Notes under the pieces: model-generated
The model's input: only the letters and a program-made list of their open reading frames with translations
Databases searched by the model: none
What the model was told of the DNA's origin: nothing
Program-made: the position numbers and the translations under genes
Source: an uncultured Bacteroides sp.
GTDB taxonomy: Bacteria > Bacteroidota > Bacteroidia > Bacteroidales > Bacteroidaceae
Length of the DNA stretch: 64,000 nucleotides
Assembly: GCA_900546645.1 (NCBI GenBank)
Contig: URDR01000004.1
Coordinates: 1,589 to 65,588 of the forward strand
Reading direction: 5' to 3'
Shown here: positions 21,403-29,774 of the stretch, piece by piece
Numbering within the stretch: position 1 is the first letter of the stretch
Layout: the number at the start of each line of letters is the position of its first letter

Positions 21403-21825
21403 TTACACGAAAACAAACAAAGATACACTGCGTTGATTTGAAATATATGCACGTTCTTGTATTCCCCATATCACCTCTATATCCTGTTTTGTTAAATTGT
21501 TCAAACAATCAGCCATGCCCTCAAGCTCTTCCATCATAAGCGAATATGAAGGTTTGAACGAGACAGACAGAATTATGGCTGATACCACAGTTGTCTGCTG
21601 TTTCCTTATTTCCTCCATAGCAGTTTCTATTTGAGCAGAAACCGAAATACGGGCATCAACGATTACCTCCATTATGGGTTTAAGCTTATCAGCGAATTTT
21701 CTGAAATCATTCAGGTCTAAATTAATCAGCCCTCTTACTTGGGCTACATTGATAAAATAATCTTTTGTTATCTCCTGTTCATCCTTGATAACTCGTATCA
21801 ATTCTTCTCTATTTGATTCTTCCAT
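21403..21825 (-). CDS. Stand-alone FtsZ C-terminal-domain-like protein
   Basis: GLINLDLNDF resembles the FtsZ T7 loop GLINLDFAD; LMMEEL...IEVIWG...VSLFV follows the FtsZ_C pattern; no GTPase domain. Confidence 0.65.
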   Translation of the reverse strand: MEESNREELIRVIKDEQEITKDYFINVAQVRGLINLDLNDFRKFADKLKPIMEVIVDARISVSAQIETAMEEIRKQQTTVVSAIILSVSFKPSYSLMMEELEGMADCLNNLTKQDIEVIWGIQERAYISNQRSVSLFVFV

Positions 21826-21837
21826 TTCTATATACTA

Positions 21838-21960
21838 TTAAAAATCTATTCTTACCCACCGTTCTTCCGACATTTCTCCACTAAGCGAGACAAGCAGGAA
21901 AACCATAAGGACAAAAACAATACATGCCCAAATGATTGCGGCAACTTTTTTCTGTTTCAT
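21838..21960 (-). CDS. 40-aa single-TM small protein
   Basis: MKQKKVAAIIWACIVFVLMVFLLVSLSG...; basic N-terminus plus hydrophobic helix; stop 12 nt before the next ATG. Confidence 0.45.
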   Translation of the reverse strand: MKQKKVAAIIWACIVFVLMVFLLVSLSGEMSEERWVRIDF

Positions 21961-22275
21961 TTTGTTCCTCCGCGAAATGTCCTGTCCATATTCTTCTGCG
22001 CAATCTCTTCTGTCCCGCCAAAGTAAGTGATTTCTCACAGCAAACCTGCGACGAGTTCTTGAGGTGTAATCACGACATCTTTCTCTATCACTACTTCCAT
22101 GCCTGCTACTTCCTGCCACGATGGATAACAGTATACGTAATGCGTTTGTACGCTGTGCCGGAGATGCGCGATAATAACCATGCTTCTACCAGCTGCCACC
22201 TTGGTTTGTTGCCCCTGTCCGAAGACAAGGATGTGCCGCCATTGTCTGATGCAAAGAAGGACTACGCCTTGTTCG
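21961..22275 (-). ncRNA. Candidate structured ncRNA downstream of the DIP1984-like gene
   Basis: No convincing ORF; C(UUCG)G hairpin at 22230-22213, GAAA-tetraloop hairpin at 22038-22027, imperfect 5'/3' end complementarity. Confidence 0.45.
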
Positions 22276-22725
22276 TCAAATTAAGTCTACTGACCAGTTC
22301 AGGCTTTGTAACCGCATGTCCAGATTTCGGAGCTGTTTGGAATAGTTGTCCGTGACTTTCCTCAGTTCTCCTACGTCCACCGTGCGGACATATTTTATCT
22401 CCAATCGTGCATAACGTTCGTTTTCTACTACATGTTTCAAGAGGTCGCGCATGACCGACAGGCGTAACTTCAGCGCATCCTTACGGACAATCATTTGAGT
22501 GAGGGTTTCGCCTTCGTGAAAGGTTTGCATGTTGGTGCGGTTAATCCGATAGACGATCTCCTCGAATTATGAAAGGCACTCATCCAATTCTTTAAACAAT
22601 TCATTCACGTTCTCCGAAGGTTGGTCGCCTTCTTGTACTTTCGCGCTGTACTTCAGCCGACTCTTCAATTGGTCGATTCTGTTTTGCAAATCGACGCGGA
22701 TGCTTAATGCTTCTGCCAGTTTCAT
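22276..22725 (-). pseudogene. DIP1984-family coiled-coil protein with one in-frame stop
   Basis: MKLAEAL..R.DLQ, AKVQEGDQPSE, RINRTN and LQSLNWSVDL; TAA at 22569-22567, after which the frame continues (FEEIVYRINRTNMQT). Confidence 0.85.
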
Positions 22726-22752
22726 TGTATACCTCCATTTGGTTTGATATTG

Positions 22753-22786
22753 CAAAGTTCTGTGATGAAAATGCCAAATCGAAGTA
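22753..22786 (-). promoter_or_regulatory. Promoter of the DIP1984-like operon with 15-bp shared motif
   Basis: Minus strand: TACTTCGATTTGGCA-N11-GAACTTTG (non-consensus -7). Confidence 0.6.
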
Positions 22787-22830
22787 TAAGCTGAAAATAT
22801 TTTGTAGTAAACGAAAAAATTATCTGTCTA

Positions 22831-22864
22831 TGCTTCAATTCGGCACATGGCATCGCTACTTTTG
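22831..22864 (+). promoter_or_regulatory. Promoter of the DprA-like gene with 15-bp shared motif
   Basis: TGCTTCAATTCGGCA-N11-TACTTTTG. Confidence 0.65.
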
Positions 22865-22877
22865 CGACAAAATAATA

Positions 22878-23816
22878 ATGCCGCTTATGAAATATAAAGA
22901 AGAGTGGAAAGGAACGATAAAGAATAGCCTTAAGGATATGGAAGGATGGAGGGATTCTTGTCTTTCTATCGAAGAACTGTTATGCCTGCAGTTATTGGGT
23001 TATACTTCCAGACAATTGTACGGAGAGATGAAATACGCTGGTGCTCTGAAAACTCTTGTCTCCAAGTCCACCAGCGAACTTGCTAAGGCAAGACGGATAT
23101 TGGGCAGGCAGACAAAAGCCGGAGTGATCACTATTCCCTATTATGATGATATGTATCCCCGTCACTTCCGTAATTTAGGCATTGATGCCCCGCCGCTTAT
23201 CCACGTGCTAGGCAATGGGGAACTGCTCAATCGTGAAGACAATGTGGCTATCATCGGCGCTCGCGCCGCAGACAAGGAAGGCTTGGATATGACATACAGA
23301 CTTGCCAATCAAATAGCTAGGCAAGGACATGTTATTATCAGCGGTCTGGCGTTGGGATGCGATACTGCTGCCCACCGGGGATGCCTTGATTCAGATGGGC
23401 AGACGATAGCCGTCGTCGCTTCGGGGTTGGACATCACGCATCCCAAAGTAAACAAGCTGCTGCAGGACGAGATTGTTGCGAAGGGTGGAATCATCTTGTC
23501 TGAGCATCCTTTCGGTGTGAAAGCCAATCCTACGAGGCTGGTGGCACGTTGCCGGATGCAAGTCGTGCTGACCCAATCAATTATCGTGGCGCAATGCCCC
23601 ATCATCAGCGGTACGATGTATGCCGTGCGGTTCGTCCAAGAGTATAACGGTGACTGCTTCGGGTGGAAAAACGATATTTATGCCATCCTGTATGACACGC
23701 AGAACGAGCTGGACTCCGGCAACAAGTTTCTGCTTGATTACAACCTGGCCCTGCCAGTTAGACCAGGACAGAAGATAATATTAGACGATTATAATCGACT
23801 TTTTGTTTGTCCATAA
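22878..23816 (+). CDS. DprA/SMF (SLOG-fold) protein, compact form
   Basis: YP..F......PP.IHVLGN, AIIGAR, IISGLALGCDTAAHRG, LSEHP and SGTM motifs; start at 22878 or 22887. Confidence 0.88.
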   Translation: MPLMKYKEEWKGTIKNSLKDMEGWRDSCLSIEELLCLQLLGYTSRQLYGEMKYAGALKTLVSKSTSELAKARRILGRQTKAGVITIPYYDDMYPRHFRNLGIDAPPLIHVLGNGELLNREDNVAIIGARAADKEGLDMTYRLANQIARQGHVIISGLALGCDTAAHRGCLDSDGQTIAVVASGLDITHPKVNKLLQDEIVAKGGIILSEHPFGVKANPTRLVARCRMQVVLTQSIIVAQCPIISGTMYAVRFVQEYNGDCFGWKNDIYAILYDTQNELDSGNKFLLDYNLALPVRPGQKIILDDYNRLFVCP

Positions 23817-23820
23817 CAGT

Positions 23821-24055
23821 ATGCCGAGAATGAAAAAGATAGTAAAGGCCAAGGATATAATATTCGACAAAGATCTATTTGTTAACTGTTTGTCAGGGAC
23901 AGTGTTAGACTTGTTGTTGTGCAGTTATCGTGGCTTACCAAAAGGAGTCAACTACATGGTTATAGGTGACCCCGGTGTAGGTAAAACAACTATCATCCTT
24001 GACTTAATGGCAAACATTCATAGGATACAACCTAATAATAATAAAAAAACTTATA
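23821..24055 (+). pseudogene. N-terminal fragment of a RecA/RadA/KaiC-like P-loop ATPase
   Basis: SGTVLD......GLPKG..YMVIGDPGVGKTT Walker A, then loss of similarity before any Walker B. Confidence 0.7.
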
Positions 24056-25045
24056 ATGCTTATGACACTAAAAGAACTATTGAAACAAGTCGGTTTCGAC
24101 GAGCTTCTTCTGTACTTGAAGGAACACGAGCCGGATCATCTTGATAACATCTATGCCTTCCGCGAAGCATACGACATCCTTCAAGGCATGGAACCTGCCA
24201 CAGGATTTAACGGAGAAATACACGTGGAATGGTCTGGCGGAGAATTTGAAGGCGAAGAGAAATGGATTAACGTCGGGCCGATGCATAACAGTAGTTGGGA
24301 AGAAGACTTGGCCAAGGATATTGTCATGGCGGATGACGTGCACCTCACTCCGGCAGAACTGGCCATGCACTGCCTTTGGGAAATTACTTATTGGGGATTT
24401 TCCCCGGCGGAAATCAAGGAAGGTTGGCAAGAAAGACTGGTGTACGAACAGCCTGTCAACCCCTACGAAGTGGCCTTGGACAGGTTGAAGGAAAGCATCT
24501 GGCGGCATCAGACTCCGCGCCGCCTGCGCAGCAAGGGAAAAGACGGGCGGCGGTATGTCAGGTGGACGAATGCACGCGATTTCTTCAATGACCGTAAGAA
24601 CCGTTCTAAACGGAAACGTGAATACCGCCAAGATAAACGGCAGGAATATCTGCGCAAGATGGCCGCGCGCGAGAATTTGGTAAGGATGCTTTCTGCTGAA
24701 GGCAGCAGCCTTCGGCGGAGCGATGTGGATTTTTTGCTTGACATCGAATACGGTACGCGGTATGATTACCACTCGGTGACGCAAGACATGAGTGCACGCC
24801 TCGCTTACATTCTTACCTCAATGACCCGCTACCAACAGCTGGACCTGTCTCGGTATGATGGAGCACTGCTCTTCTTGCGTATTCCGGACGGTGCACCGCT
24901 GGAGGAATTTGCACTGGAAACCTTCAAACACAGCGTCAGGGAAAGGCTGGGATATGCCGACATCCGTTTCGGGAACATTACGCAGAAAGCAGACACGCCG
25001 GAGGTAACGGTTACGCTGTTGTTAAACAAATACAAAGTTGGCTGA
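24056..25045 (+). CDS. Hypothetical protein: DUF6557-like N-terminus, basic linker, FtsZ_C-like C-terminus
   Basis: WEEDLAKDI...ELAMHCLWEITYWGF; Arg/Lys-rich middle; LDLSRYDGALLFL...ADIRFG...EVTVTLL. Confidence 0.6.
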   Translation: MLMTLKELLKQVGFDELLLYLKEHEPDHLDNIYAFREAYDILQGMEPATGFNGEIHVEWSGGEFEGEEKWINVGPMHNSSWEEDLAKDIVMADDVHLTPAELAMHCLWEITYWGFSPAEIKEGWQERLVYEQPVNPYEVALDRLKESIWRHQTPRRLRSKGKDGRRYVRWTNARDFFNDRKNRSKRKREYRQDKRQEYLRKMAARENLVRMLSAEGSSLRRSDVDFLLDIEYGTRYDYHSVTQDMSARLAYILTSMTRYQQLDLSRYDGALLFLRIPDGAPLEEFALETFKHSVRERLGYADIRFGNITQKADTPEVTVTLLLNKYKVG

Positions 25046-25183
25046 CGGAGGAAACTGGGTTTGCATATGTCGCGCACAAGGTTTACCTTTGCACCCGACC
25101 GAGTATTATGCATGATGATGCCAGGTTGGTCCTTGCTCTCAGCCAGGGCCATGTACAGATTTAACTGAATAAAAGGCAGCAGT

Positions 25184-25585
25184 ATGTTTTACAAGAAGCA
25201 GAAGATAGGAAAGAAGTGGTATCTCCGCTCGTTCACGGCGGGCACGTATGACACGAAGGACGTGGCCGAGCGGTTGTCCGAAATGTCCACGGTGAGCAAG
25301 GGCGACACTTATGCCGTGCTCATAGGGCTGGGCGAGGTGCTGGGCAGCATGATGGAACTGGGCTACTCGGTGAAGCAGGACGGGCTTGGCACCTTCTACC
25401 TGGTGGGCAATGCCAATGGACAAGGCGTGGACACGCCAGAGGAAGTCAGCCCGGAGCAGTTCCGCAAGGTGACGGTGACCTTCATACCCGAATACAGTCG
25501 GGCACAGAACAACCAGGTGCAGAAACGAACCATCGTCCCCTCGCAGGTGGAATGGACGGAACTGGAGGGGACGGTGAAAAAGTGA
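25184..25585 (+). CDS. HU/IHF-like DNA-binding protein (Bacteroidetes HU-HIG type)
   Basis: STVSKGDTYAVL...G.SVKQDGLGTF...V.F.PE; -7 box TACCTTTG at 25084. Confidence 0.85.
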   Translation: MFYKKQKIGKKWYLRSFTAGTYDTKDVAERLSEMSTVSKGDTYAVLIGLGEVLGSMMELGYSVKQDGLGTFYLVGNANGQGVDTPEEVSPEQFRKVTVTFIPEYSRAQNNQVQKRTIVPSQVEWTELEGTVKK

Positions 25586-25606
25586 AGGGAATAACTTCGA
25601 TGGATT

Positions 25607-26770
25607 TTACCGGGAAGGTGGCAGAATTTTGTAAATTTCAGAAATGAGTTTCTCCACTTCGTCCACCAAACTGTCAGCCAAGCCTTCTATATCATTTTCC
25701 ATCGTCAAGATGCTGAAATCTTTCACCCCTAACCAAATGGGTGTATTTACATAATTCACTTTATCAAAGCATTCGAGCAATTCTCTCACATATGGTATGG
25801 GAATTTGGTCAATGTCTTTTTCCCCTTTGTAATCTTTGGGGCGTATGGCTATGCAATGAGTGGTCGAATTGTTGGCTATGGTCAGTTGAAGTCCATTGCA
25901 CAAGTCGTAGCGGCTGAACTTTTTTTCGCAAGACTCATATACAAGATATGGCCGTTTTTGCATACGTACAATGAGAGCATCGAACAAGGCGTTCATTTCT
26001 TCTTTCGACAAACCTTTTGCGTTTCTGTGTTGCTTTATGCTGTGAAGCAAGTCCTGATAAGCATCGGCCGTGATACTTTCGCAACAATATATCTGCGTGA
26101 CTACTTTTCTCATCAATTCGCGTTCTTCACGGAATAAACATGCCGACGGATGAGGGATGCCGCAACATGGAATGCCCTCCAGATGTCCGGTGAAGATGTT
26201 TCCCAAGGAGGCAAAAGTCTGTGAGTATTCAAGTCGCCAACCAGTAGCGTCACAATGTGCTTTGATGGTCTTAAGCAACGAATTTCCACTCAATACCACT
26301 ATCATCCGAGGGCGTGCTATTTCGATAAGTTCCAGCGTGTAGGGCAATGTTTCTGCCAACAGCTGCGGTAATAAGTTTTTAGCTTTCGGCGTGGCGAAGA
26401 ATGTGGCATTTGTAACGATAAAGTCGGTTCCATCATCTAACGGATGGGGATTGGAATCGAACAATCTATATATCCTTTGCCAATAAGACCAATCAAACCT
26501 TTTGCTCCATGAGGGATTGCCTTTTAATAGATGTGTACCGTCCATTGGCTTTCCACCAAGCTGCCAGTATTCACTTTCACATTGTTCTTTATATGTCCCT
26601 CCAGAACCAGGATTTATACCCATGACAAACACATGCGGAGAATCATTTATTTTTGTGAGATCGGACTGGGTATAAAACGCCGGAGCATTATTCCCATACG
26701 TACGGGCAATCCTGTCATAAGCCTCGGCTGTTTTGGCTGCCCAGGTGTTTAATTGAGTATTCATTTGCAT
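25607..26770 (-). CDS. Uracil-DNA-glycosylase-superfamily protein with uncharacterised C-terminal domain
   Basis: VFVMGINPG (motif A), TN..FF.TP, RPRMIVVL and IPHPS (motif B). Confidence 0.7.
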   Translation of the reverse strand: MQMNTQLNTWAAKTAEAYDRIARTYGNNAPAFYTQSDLTKINDSPHVFVMGINPGSGGTYKEQCESEYWQLGGKPMDGTHLLKGNPSWSKRFDWSYWQRIYRLFDSNPHPLDDGTDFIVTNATFFATPKAKNLLPQLLAETLPYTLELIEIARPRMIVVLSGNSLLKTIKAHCDATGWRLEYSQTFASLGNIFTGHLEGIPCCGIPHPSACLFREERELMRKVVTQIYCCESITADAYQDLLHSIKQHRNAKGLSKEEMNALFDALIVRMQKRPYLVYESCEKKFSRYDLCNGLQLTIANNSTTHCIAIRPKDYKGEKDIDQIPIPYVRELLECFDKVNYVNTPIWLGVKDFSILTMENDIEGLADSLVDEVEKLISEIYKILPPSR

Positions 26771-26845
26771 ATTGGGTCTATTGGATTTAAACGATTACAA
26801 AGGTATCCTTAAATTTGTTAATCGGCCAAATCATTTTTCTCTTTC

Positions 26846-28111
26846 TTACTCCGCAGCCTTGAAATTATACACCGGCTTTATCACATTCACAATGTTCACC
26901 GCGTCTCGGATGTTTTCGATGATTTCATCCTTAGGTTTGTACACCATGGGCGACTCATCCTTGGTGTCATCTGAAAGGCATTCGCTGTAGATGCCTTGCA
27001 TGGAGGCACGGTAGTCATCCAAGGATATGCTTTTGAAGGCCTGCCTCCTGCTCATGATGCGTCCGGCACCATGTGGAGCCGAGCAGTTCCACTCCGCATT
27101 GCCCTTGCCAATGCAGATAAGCGAGCCGTCGCGCATATTCAGGGGGATGATGCACTTCTGCCCCTCGTAGGCGGCTATTGCCCCTTTACGGATGATGTTG
27201 TCATCGCCTATGTAGTTGTGCACACTTTCAAACGTCAAATCATAGGAGGGCGTTTCCACATTTCCTTGTAGGATGAGATAATCCATGATGAGATTGGCTA
27301 TCAGCTTGCGGTTCATCTTGGCCCACTGCTGGCAAAGGCGCATGTCGTGCAGATAATCTTCCCGGTAAGCGCCTTCCAGATAGGAAAGGTCGGGCGGTAT
27401 GGCAGGCTTACGCATCTTGAACGAATTGTGTAGTTGGCGTATGGCCTCCTGCAACTCGTCCTTGTGCCCTGCCGCTTTGTATTCTGCAATCATGCGGTTT
27501 TGTTCTTCCATCAGTTCTGCCCATCCCGACTGGCATTTCACGGCCAGTTTCTGATAAATCTGCGCCACTTGCTTGCCGAGATTGCGGCTTCCGGTGTGAA
27601 CCACCAGATAAGTCATGCCGCACTCGTCTTTGTCCAGTTCGATGAAGTGATTACCACCACCCAATGAGCCTATGGAAGCGTTCAATCGTTTGGTCTCTTT
27701 CAGTTCGCGGTAGCAGCGCAACTGCTTGATGATATCTTTGGCTGCGCGATATACATCCATATACTTTTGCGGGAGCGGCGCATACCGGTTATCCCGGTAA
27801 TTGCGACCGGACGGTATGTGACGAAGAATGAACTCGTTGAAGGCATGGTAATCCATGTCCCCCACACAGACGAACGGCTGCACCAAGATACCGCAGCCAA
27901 TGTCCACACCTACAATATTGGGAATCACTTTGTCGCCTAAATCTCCCGTAAAACCAATGACACAGCCTGCTCCGGCATGTACATCGGGCATGATGCGGAT
28001 TTTACACTTGCTGAACACATCGACGGACAGTAGCTCTTTGATTTGTTCGCTGGCACTGTCCTCGATGTTGTCCGTATAGATCTTTACGTTATAGCCTTCT
28101 ATGGTTTTCAT
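26846..28111 (-). CDS. rtcB: RNA ligase RtcB
   Basis: MPDVHAG, GVDIGCG, SLGGGNHF, HTGSR, HN, RKGA, PHGAGR and DESP..YK motifs all intact. Confidence 0.96.
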   Translation of the reverse strand: MKTIEGYNVKIYTDNIEDSASEQIKELLSVDVFSKCKIRIMPDVHAGAGCVIGFTGDLGDKVIPNIVGVDIGCGILVQPFVCVGDMDYHAFNEFILRHIPSGRNYRDNRYAPLPQKYMDVYRAAKDIIKQLRCYRELKETKRLNASIGSLGGGNHFIELDKDECGMTYLVVHTGSRNLGKQVAQIYQKLAVKCQSGWAELMEEQNRMIAEYKAAGHKDELQEAIRQLHNSFKMRKPAIPPDLSYLEGAYREDYLHDMRLCQQWAKMNRKLIANLIMDYLILQGNVETPSYDLTFESVHNYIGDDNIIRKGAIAAYEGQKCIIPLNMRDGSLICIGKGNAEWNCSAPHGAGRIMSRRQAFKSISLDDYRASMQGIYSECLSDDTKDESPMVYKPKDEIIENIRDAVNIVNVIKPVYNFKAAE

Positions 28112-28117
28112 TTTGTT

Positions 28118-28636
28118 TTATGAAATGATACGTATCTTCAATTGTTTCTTTTCGTCTTCAACCAACTTGTCCCATAAACGGGAATGCTGCAGGGCGGATG
28201 CCGGAATATAATCATGGTACTTCTCCAGAAACTCCATGCTGTACAATTCGTCCCGGCCATAACTGTCGATGATTTCGCTCCAGTCCCAATAGTCGACAAA
28301 TTGCTCCAAAAGCGCGGGAGTAAGTTCCATATCGGAATTTCTTGACAACTCACGCCAATTCCAATAATCCTTGTATTTCTCCAGATTCTCCGCCGTGAAC
28401 AGATGCTCGTTGTCGGAACAGGAAAGTTCCTCCCAGTCCACTTTGTTCTTGAACTTCTCAATCATGGAGGTGGTCCAAATGATGTTTTTATTGCCGGAAA
28501 TTTCTTTCCACGACACCTTGTCCTTGTACTTTTCCAGCAGTTGCTCATTCCATGCAAACTCGCTTGACAGTTCTTTCCAGGCGGCCTCTTCCAATACTTT
28601 AGCCATAAAATCGTTGTTCCAATTCTTTGTTGTCAT
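28118..28636 (-). CDS. Tryptophan-repeat protein (five ~24-26-aa repeats)
   Basis: W.ELS....W/F....LEK(Y/F).D..(D/N) repeated five times. Confidence 0.8.
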   Translation of the reverse strand: MTTKNWNNDFMAKVLEEAAWKELSSEFAWNEQLLEKYKDKVSWKEISGNKNIIWTTSMIEKFKNKVDWEELSCSDNEHLFTAENLEKYKDYWNWRELSRNSDMELTPALLEQFVDYWDWSEIIDSYGRDELYSMEFLEKYHDYIPASALQHSRLWDKLVEDEKKQLKIRIIS

Positions 28637-28674
28637 ACTACTTGTTATTAAATGGTTTAACATTAATTCTGCCG

Positions 28675-28708
28675 CAAAGTAAAGACTGTCAAGTGCCAAA
28701 TCGAGGCA
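28675..28708 (-). promoter_or_regulatory. Promoter of the Trp-repeat/rtcB operon with 15-bp shared motif
   Basis: Minus strand: TGCCTCGATTTGGCA-N11-TTACTTTG; TGCC-N7-GGCA dyad. Confidence 0.65.
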
Positions 28709-28811
28709 TAACAATAAAAAATAAATTGGAAAGCAGAAAAAACAGGGATGTGCCGCATTTTTTCACAAGTAAACAAGTAACTTTGTAGCAGAACATTAAA
28801 TAAATGACAGT

Positions 28812-29774
28812 ATGGCAGCAAATCTCTTTGGACGGTATGTCTGGCTGATAGACACCCTGCGTCGATACAAACGCCTGACATTTCAGGAAATCAGCAAGCT
28901 TTGGCAGGAAAGCGGACTGGGCTACGGTGAGGAATTGCCTTTGCGCACGTTTCATAATCACCAGAAAGCCATCAAGGACATTTTCGACGTGTACATTGAT
29001 TGTGACCGAAAGGACGGCTACCGGTATTACATAGATGAACCGGAACGGTTGGAAGGAAACAACCTGCAAAGTTGGCTGATAAGTTCCTATGCCACCTTGA
29101 ACCAGATTCAGGCGGACAACAAACTGGAAGACCGGATTATCTTTGAGAATATTCCGTCGGGACAAACATGGCTCACGCCTATTGCCGAAGCCATGCGGCG
29201 CAATCATGTATTAAGCATCACTCACCAAGGATTTGGCAAGCCGGAAGCCAGCACGTTTGAGATTGAGCCATACTGTCTGAAAGTCGTGAAGCGCCGCTGG
29301 TACGTGGTGGCACGCAGTCCGTACTATTCGGAGCGGAACAAAGAGAGAGGCATCAAGCCTGCCGATGTCTACCGGGTATATGCCCTTGACCGTATTTCAG
29401 ATATTCAGGATACGGGCAAGACGTTTAAGATGAAGAAGAACTTCGATGTCAACCAATACTTCGAAGGATGCTGTGGGGTAATCACATCGGATGAACCCAT
29501 ACAGCGCATTGTTCTTTTGGCTTACGGTGGTTTTGCTGACTATCTGCGCACCTTGCCCCTGCACGAATCACAACGGGAGATAGAGGGCGATGACGAGTCC
29601 ACGCTCTTTGTATACCATCTGAAACCGACATTCGACTTCTATCAGTTGGTTCTTGCCCAAGGCGACCAGGTGGAAGTGCTGGAGCCAGAATCAGTGCGCA
29701 GCGAGATGCGCAATTTTGCAAAAAACATCTTGGACTATTATACTTGGGAGGAGGATAAACCATGCAAGGAGTAA
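28812..29774 (+). CDS. WYL-domain transcriptional regulator (wHTH-WYL-WCX)
   Basis: RYVWLIDTL..LTFQEI..LW..RTFHN HTH; IEPYCLK...RWYV...YALDRI WYL; PLHESQ and VEVLEP..VR WCX. Confidence 0.93.
   Translation: MAANLFGRYVWLIDTLRRYKRLTFQEISKLWQESGLGYGEELPLRTFHNHQKAIKDIFDVYIDCDRKDGYRYYIDEPERLEGNNLQSWLISSYATLNQIQADNKLEDRIIFENIPSGQTWLTPIAEAMRRNHVLSITHQGFGKPEASTFEIEPYCLKVVKRRWYVVARSPYYSERNKERGIKPADVYRVYALDRISDIQDTGKTFKMKKNFDVNQYFEGCCGVITSDEPIQRIVLLAYGGFADYLRTLPLHESQREIEGDDESTLFVYHLKPTFDFYQLVLAQGDQVEVLEPESVRSEMRNFAKNILDYYTWEEDKPCKE

Noticed and set aside
25062..25091. Fourth copy of the WYL-like motif before the HU-like gene (TGCATATGTCGCGCA)
   Set aside because: Only the outer TGC/GCA match, and spacing to the -7 box is 7 rather than 11 bp
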